A stretch of 64,000 bases of DNA from an uncultured delta proteobacterium. Its GTDB lineage: Bacteria > Myxococcota_A > Polyangia > Fen-1088. Position 1 is the first letter of the stretch; each line of letters begins with the position of its first letter. The stretch covers positions 160,001-224,000 of the forward strand of contig CAVWIP010000008.1 in the NCBI GenBank assembly GCA_963755125.1, given 5' to 3'. Positions 58,633 to 64,000 of this stretch are shown in pieces. A model generated the notes under the pieces. It searched no databases. It was not told the DNA's origin and saw nothing but the letters and a program-made list of their open reading frames with translations. The position numbers and the translations under genes are program-made.

Positions 58633-60294
58633 CTACCAAAGCTTCCGTAATACGGTGTTCGGATAGTAGTGGCGCAGGATTTCGCGATACCTCTTGCCGG
58701 CTTCCGCCATTCCGACGGCGCCGGTCTGGCACATGCCCACGCCGTGGCCAAAGCCGGCGCCACGAAAGATCGCATCGCCGTTCTTGAGCTCGACGACGAA
58801 CAGCGAACTGCGCAATCCGCCGAAGGCCTGTCGAATGCGCAACTCGCCGCGGATGGTTTCGCTGCGGGCAGAGCCCACCACGCGCACCGCGAGCGCGCGC
58901 CCTGACACTCCTCGCTGCGGCACTTCAATAGCCCGAATTTCGCCCAGCCGGTATCGACCAAGCAGCTTGTCCAGTTCCGCGCCGGTCCGCTTCACTGTCC
59001 AGCGAAAGCGGTCGCCCGCGCCGAGGTGGGCCTGGCCACAATACGCAGGCGGCGGCTGGTCAATAAAACGCGCCACGTTCTCTGTACTCACTCCCGCCGC
59101 ATAGACGTCCGGCTTCCCAGTGACGGGCGCGGGCGCGTCGCGATGGCCGCGCAGAGCCGCCAGCGCGGGCATGTCGGGCCACACGTTCTCGTTGTGCTCG
59201 GTGTGGCCACCGCAGTTGGCCGAATACACGGTGTCAGCCAGGTCTTTCCCGTCAGCCGTGAACAGCACCTCGCCGCGAGTTGCAGCGACCGCCGCCGTGG
59301 TCCGCGGCGTCTCGTGACCCGCGCCCAAGTAAACCTGACAGTGCGTCTGCGAGCACAGCCGGAAGGGATCACCGAGGTGTCGTGTGCCGATCTTGGACAG
59401 CAACTCGCCTCGCGCGGCCACCGCCTGTGCCTTGAGCGCCTCCTCCGGCGCATTGGGGAAGATCTCGGCCGGGAGCAGGCCAGCCAGGAATCGATCCTCG
59501 GGCAAGGCATTGACCACGGCCAAACTGCCCTTGCGGTCCAAGGTCACGTACACCTTGCCGAAGTAGGCCCCCGACACCTTGGTCTGGGCCTTTCCCTCCG
59601 TGCCCTCGGCCTCCACCTGCAAGGGGCTGTCCCCACCTGCCACAAACCACAGCACACCCTCGTTGCGCACGTGCATCCCGGTCTTGCTGCCGACCGCTTC
59701 CAGTTGCCCGTGCGGGCGATCGACCAACTCGGTGAACACGCCCGGGTTGGACAGGACGGCCTTGCGGCCCAAGGTCTCGAAGGCCGCCTCGGCCGCCTCC
59801 GGCGTTCCATACGGGCCCACTGCCACCAGAACCTCGCGCCGGTCGAGAACCTCGCCGCCCACGCCAAACACCGTGCCCTGCTCAAACTGCCGTGGCTTTT
59901 CACCCAGCTCTTTCCATCGCTCGATCTGAGCGTCGGCTTCATCCCCTTGCCCCGGTTTTCCGCGCCATACTACCGCCCAGTGGCGCAGCTTGGCCGGTGC
60001 CGTCGCCGAAGCGCGAATTTGCCAGGACTCTTCGCCGCGGACCTCGGACCCGCCCTCGCCTTCGGGAAAGAGGCGAAGGCCGCCTGAAGGGCCTGAGCTG
60101 ATGGTTGCCCGCGCAAGGCCCTCGGCGATGGCCACCGGCACCACAGGGAAGCCTTGCTCGGTAAAACGAAACTCAGCGGAGTAGATCGCGCGCAGCTTGT
60201 CCGCGCCCGAGAACTCGTCAGCCGCGTGCAACGGCGTGGCCCAGGCAACTAGTGCCCATCCGACGACCATCCGTTGCAGGTGAAGCGCGCTCAT
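58633..60294 (-). CDS. SpoIID/LytB-domain protein (lytic transglycosylase-like)
   Basis: EALKAQAVAAR, CQVY, YSANCGGHTE, GFGHGVGMCQ.GA, ILRHYY; signal peptide. Confidence 0.92.
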   Translation of the reverse strand: MSALHLQRMVVGWALVAWATPLHAADEFSGADKLRAIYSAEFRFTEQGFPVVPVAIAEGLARATISSGPSGGLRLFPEGEGGSEVRGEESWQIRASATAPAKLRHWAVVWRGKPGQGDEADAQIERWKELGEKPRQFEQGTVFGVGGEVLDRREVLVAVGPYGTPEAAEAAFETLGRKAVLSNPGVFTELVDRPHGQLEAVGSKTGMHVRNEGVLWFVAGGDSPLQVEAEGTEGKAQTKVSGAYFGKVYVTLDRKGSLAVVNALPEDRFLAGLLPAEIFPNAPEEALKAQAVAARGELLSKIGTRHLGDPFRLCSQTHCQVYLGAGHETPRTTAAVAATRGEVLFTADGKDLADTVYSANCGGHTEHNENVWPDMPALAALRGHRDAPAPVTGKPDVYAAGVSTENVARFIDQPPPAYCGQAHLGAGDRFRWTVKRTGAELDKLLGRYRLGEIRAIEVPQRGVSGRALAVRVVGSARSETIRGELRIRQAFGGLRSSLFVVELKNGDAIFRGAGFGHGVGMCQTGAVGMAEAGKRYREILRHYYPNTVLRKLW

Positions 60295-60851
60295 CGCATC
60301 TCGTGCGCCGAAAGGTAACGCAGGTTGAAGAAGTTCACCGTGAAATGCGCCAGGACCGGTCCGGCCAGATCACCCGACCAAAGGAAGAGTTGTCCGAACA
60401 CCATGCCTGCAACGAATGAAGAGATGGTCCATGGAAGGTAGCGAAGCTTTGGCCCGACGTGAAGCAGGGCGAACACCAGGCTCGACCCCGAAAGGCCGAT
60501 GGCTGGCAACAGGGCTCCGCGAAAAAAGATTTCCTCGCCCAGCGCCGAGGCCACGGCCAGCACCACCACCTCGGCGTCAGGCAACGGCCCGAGCATGGCG
60601 CGCATGTCGCGATGAAGTGCGCGCGCCCATTCGAATCGGTGTACCGCGAGCCGAGATGCGAACACGTACCCGAGCCCGATCAAGACTCCGGCGACCATCC
60701 CGAGCAGGGTCTGGCTGTCTTCGCGCCCTGCCAGACGCCACATGCTGGCGTCGCCACGCCAAGTCGACCAAACCACTCCAGCCGAGGCCAGTGCGAGATA
60801 GAGTGTCAGCACCAAGCCTGCGCGGGACCAACTTCTGGCCGCCTCTGCCAT
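60291..60851 (-). CDS. CPBP (Abi/CAAX) intramembrane glutamic endopeptidase
   Basis: EEIFFRG, FALLH, HFTVN; start uncertain. Confidence 0.88.
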   Translation of the reverse strand: MAEAARSWSRAGLVLTLYLALASAGVVWSTWRGDASMWRLAGREDSQTLLGMVAGVLIGLGYVFASRLAVHRFEWARALHRDMRAMLGPLPDAEVVVLAVASALGEEIFFRGALLPAIGLSGSSLVFALLHVGPKLRYLPWTISSFVAGMVFGQLFLWSGDLAGPVLAHFTVNFFNLRYLSAHEMR

Positions 60852-61066
60852 GGTTGGCAACATACCAGCAATTTCAAATGCGTAGCGCCAGCCATGCTCC
60901 CGGAGTCGCCTCGCCTTATCTCGACGTGTCAACGACAAAGCTGAATTGTCCTTGGGTTTCGCGTTCATCAACAAGGCAAGATGCGCCATGGGCGGCCCAA
61001 GCCGCATCGCGCATCGTCTCATTTCCGCCGTCGGCTCGACGCCGCCATGGTAAATGTTCTTCGTCG

Positions 61067-62143
61067 ATGTCGCTCACGGCAGTCAGAACCAAGCGCAGCG
61101 TTGCTCGGCCTGCCAGCGAGGATCCCGTCGAGCGCGAGGTGGGGCTGCAGAAGCTCCTCTCCACGCGCATCTGCGATCTGCAACTCGAACCTCAGGAGGT
61201 GCTGGCCGAATGTCTGGCCCAGGTCGGAGCAGAGTTGCGCGCCAAGAAGATATCCTTCCTGCCGCTGTACTACCTGGGCGACGATGACTTCTGGACCACA
61301 GATCGCGCCATCAGCGTCAACATTCCCTGGTACCTTGCCAATTCCGTCCTGTGGCAGATGGTGAACGACCACCTGTTCGAGTACACGCGCGACGAGGTTC
61401 TGATGTATCTGCGCCACGAGACCGGGCACGCCGTCAACTACGCCTTCGAATTGTGGAAGCGCAAGGACTGGACGCAGACCTTCGGCGATTTTCGCCGCTC
61501 GTACCGCGACGTCTACAACGCGAATCCATGGAGCCACGACTACGTCAGACATCTGCACCGCGCGGGTATGTACCACTACGCGCAGAAGCACCCTGACGAA
61601 GATTTCGCCGAGAGCTTCGCCGTGTGGCTGGATCCCTCGTCGCGCTGGCGGCGCCGCTACCGCGACTGGCAGGTGGCGGTGACGAAACTGGAGTACGTGG
61701 ACCGTATCATCGACCTCGAGGGCGCCTGCCGGGGCACGCCCGCCAACCAGCGAACTGGCACGCAGATTCCCTATGGGGATTTGAAGGAAACCGTCGCCGA
61801 ATACTTCGACATCAACCATGCGCTGGATCCGGACCTGGCCGAGTACCGCAGGGATCTGCTCGATATCTTCCCCCGACGCTCGCCGCACGCGCGCGGATCA
61901 CAGGGCGCTTTGTCGGCAGCGCGTTTCATCCAGCAACATCAGCGCCTGCTGATTAGCAAGCTGGGCGGCTGGATCGGCGATTCTGACCGCCGCGTGATCG
62001 GCAAGTTCTTGCGCGAACTCCAGGCCCTGTGTACCTACGAGCACCTGGTCGTGCCCGAGAATCGGCGTAACGAGAAACTGGTCGACCTGACCATCGTGGC
62101 CACCTGGCACGTGGTGGACGGGATTCACCGGCTGAGCGAATAG
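61067..62143 (+). CDS. Putative zinc-binding metallopeptidase
   Basis: RHETGH, YAQKHPDEDFAESFAVWL, KLEYV. Confidence 0.8.
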   Translation: MSLTAVRTKRSVARPASEDPVEREVGLQKLLSTRICDLQLEPQEVLAECLAQVGAELRAKKISFLPLYYLGDDDFWTTDRAISVNIPWYLANSVLWQMVNDHLFEYTRDEVLMYLRHETGHAVNYAFELWKRKDWTQTFGDFRRSYRDVYNANPWSHDYVRHLHRAGMYHYAQKHPDEDFAESFAVWLDPSSRWRRRYRDWQVAVTKLEYVDRIIDLEGACRGTPANQRTGTQIPYGDLKETVAEYFDINHALDPDLAEYRRDLLDIFPRRSPHARGSQGALSAARFIQQHQRLLISKLGGWIGDSDRRVIGKFLRELQALCTYEHLVVPENRRNEKLVDLTIVATWHVVDGIHRLSE

Positions 62144-62230
62144 TACGACCCTATCTGTTCAAGTTGCCGACGGCTCGGCGGCACGGTCGTCGGGCGCAAT
62201 TGCGCCTGCGGCCTTTGAACGAAGAGCTCC

Positions 62231-62479
62231 CTACTCAGTCTTCAGGCCGTGTTGGATGATGCGGCGAAGGCCCTCGGCTCCGAGGCGCGAGCTGTGCTTC
62301 TCTTCCTCGAAAATTATCTGAGCGAGGGTCGCTGACGTCAAGTCAGCCCCGCTGACGTGATCGGTGACCTTTACCTCGTCGCCGTTGCGCACGAACCCTG
62401 CCACATCGGCCAGCGTCACGTAGTGCTTGTCAAAGGTGTCGTAGAGCTTCCGATTCGAGTAGCGCTTGATTGTTCGCAT
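62231..62479 (-). CDS. PhaR-like DNA-binding domain protein
   Basis: IKRYSNRKLYDT..YVTL.D..V..G..D.T..LAQII.E. Confidence 0.85.
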   Translation of the reverse strand: MRTIKRYSNRKLYDTFDKHYVTLADVAGFVRNGDEVKVTDHVSGADLTSATLAQIIFEEEKHSSRLGAEGLRRIIQHGLKTE

Positions 62480-62580
62480 GGTGGCACAAGAGGATGACAC
62501 ATCTTGCGACCAAATGACACGATTCCAATAAAGAATCTGCCAAAGAATCTGCCGAAACAAGCCGGCGCCAATTGGCTAGC

Positions 62581-63735
62581 CTAGCCCGGCGGTGTTCCCC
62601 ACACGACTTTTCCAGTCGTGTCGTGGAGAGTGATCTTCTGCTCGTAGAGCAGTGCCGCTCCGCCGTCGTAGCTGTAGTCGTTGGTTACATCGACAGCGCC
62701 CGTGTAACCGGCAGTGTGCAGCGTGACCTGGATGTTGAACTGGTCGTTGGTGGCCTTGTCACCCTGTGCGGCGAGTGTTCCGGTAAATGCCAGCTCCAGA
62801 TAATGGTCAGCCCCTGCGACGGGCGACGGGTTGGCGACGGCTGTGCCACTCGTCACCTTGCCCTGGTTCGAGTAGCCAATGCTGACGTAGTTGGCGGCAA
62901 GCACCAAATTGGTGCCCAATCCCTCGTCCTGGTACCAGTAGCGAAGTGTCACGGTCGACGTGTCGACGGTCTGCGCTGTCTTGTTGTCGATGCGGAGATT
63001 CAATGTGATCTGACCTGTACCGCCAGTGGTCTTCTGCGCGACCCACACCGCCAAGCTGCCAGTTGGTGGTGGCGTGGTTGACGTCGAGCCGGCAGAGCCA
63101 CCCGCGCCACCAGAAGCCACGGTCCCGCCGGCGCCTCCGGGCCCACCCGCCGTTCCGCCTGCGCCACCAATTCCTCCCGCTCCGCCGGCGCCGCCCCTGC
63201 CACCCGCGCCTGTGCCAGCCGTGCCCGCGCCGCCGGTGCCTCCGCTGCCACCGAACGGCGAGATGGCGCCCCCGGTTCCCGACGATCTGCTGGTACCCGC
63301 ACCGCCTGTGCCCGCGCCACCAGCGCCTGCGCCGCCGGTGCTGCCACCCACGCCCGCGCCACCTGTGCCGCCCCTGCCACCGGTGACGCTGGTCCCGCCG
63401 GTTCCGCCCTTGCCGCCCGTCGTGCTCGCGCCGCCTGAAGCGCCGGTACCGCCCGCGCTGGACACGCCACCCGTGGCACCGCCCGCCCCGCCGGCGCTGG
63501 CAGGGCTAGATGAGCCGCCAACGGGTGGAGCGCTCGTAGTGGAACCCGCGACACCAGCGGTTCCATTGCTGCTCGAAATGGACGAATTGCCGCCCGTGCC
63601 TCCGGTGGTGCCACCCGCGGGTTGCACCACGCGCCTCACCACATCGGGTGCGCCGCAAGCCACTCCCAACACCAGACCCACCGCCACGACCGGAAGGAGG
63701 AAGCTGAGCTTCACTGTATGTTTATTCGCACTCAT
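62581..63735 (-). CDS. Lipoprotein with Gly/Thr-rich linker and C-terminal CBM3-like cellulose-binding domain
   Basis: Lipobox GVAC, long GGxGG linker, LRYWY, ADHYLE, NDYSY, VWG.PP. Confidence 0.85.
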   Translation of the reverse strand: MSANKHTVKLSFLLPVVAVGLVLGVACGAPDVVRRVVQPAGGTTGGTGGNSSISSSNGTAGVAGSTTSAPPVGGSSSPASAGGAGGATGGVSSAGGTGASGGASTTGGKGGTGGTSVTGGRGGTGGAGVGGSTGGAGAGGAGTGGAGTSRSSGTGGAISPFGGSGGTGGAGTAGTGAGGRGGAGGAGGIGGAGGTAGGPGGAGGTVASGGAGGSAGSTSTTPPPTGSLAVWVAQKTTGGTGQITLNLRIDNKTAQTVDTSTVTLRYWYQDEGLGTNLVLAANYVSIGYSNQGKVTSGTAVANPSPVAGADHYLELAFTGTLAAQGDKATNDQFNIQVTLHTAGYTGAVDVTNDYSYDGGAALLYEQKITLHDTTGKVVWGTPPG

Positions 63736-64000
63736 CACAATATAGAGTATGCGCAACAGACCAAAAAACGGAATTGCGAATAGCAAAAAGAACCGCAGAT
63801 TCCCACGCGCTTGACTACATTGTCCTACTCGCTCGCCACAGCTCTCTCACTAAAAAGCCAACAGTCCACCCAAGGACATGCCCACCGTCGCGCGCTGCAC
63901 GCGTTGGTCGTTCAGGCGAAAAACCTCACCACCGCCCTGCGCCGAGAGCACGAGCCATGTGCTGCGGTAGGTACGTAACATGCCGGAGGCGATAGCGCCG

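Noticed and set aside
60416..61066. Long N-terminal extension of the zinc metallopeptidase ORF
   Set aside because: Overlaps the opposite-strand CPBP gene and has low-complexity Arg-rich shadow composition
63040..63620. Repetitive GC-rich tract as a CRISPR array or DNA repeat
   Set aside because: Encodes the Gly-rich protein linker; no constant repeat-spacer structure

Overview
GC-rich bacterial chromosomal window, most consistent with a Myxococcota/deltaproteobacterial lineage (inferred from protein features, not proven). It holds about 55 protein genes. These include a tandem cyanophycin synthetase pair with its ABC transporter/DUF1854 partners, an NfnAB-like oxidoreductase pair, a sigma54/ECF regulatory block, lsrF plus an aldolase-SDR fusion, a small accessory island with a HEPN-like ORF, a Phd-VapC toxin-antitoxin pair, and housekeeping blocks (xerD-S2P-scpAB-rluB, aspS-glpD, pgk-tpiA-secG-dapF, yebC-ruvC...ruvA-ruvB, maf-yggS). 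A c-di-AMP (ydaO-type) riboswitch precedes a KimA-like K+ transporter. Most notable observations: (1) a four-gene insertion splits ruvC from ruvA, and in it an SbtM-like radical SAM/SPASM enzyme, apparently lacking its N-terminal recognition region and any free precursor peptide, abuts a TIGR04222-like membrane protein with a (S)SCG-repeat tail, a candidate membrane-anchored RiPP-like substrate; (2) a dispersed two-hairpin repeat family, one copy of which lies in frame inside a protein; (3) a full-length PGK with many catalytic-motif substitutions; (4) complementary loss of motifs between the two CphA paralogs; (5) a small protein with a sigma54 promoter, IHF site and terminator. No tRNA, rRNA, CRISPR array or intact transposase was recognised. 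All family assignments come from motif recognition by eye; no searches were run.
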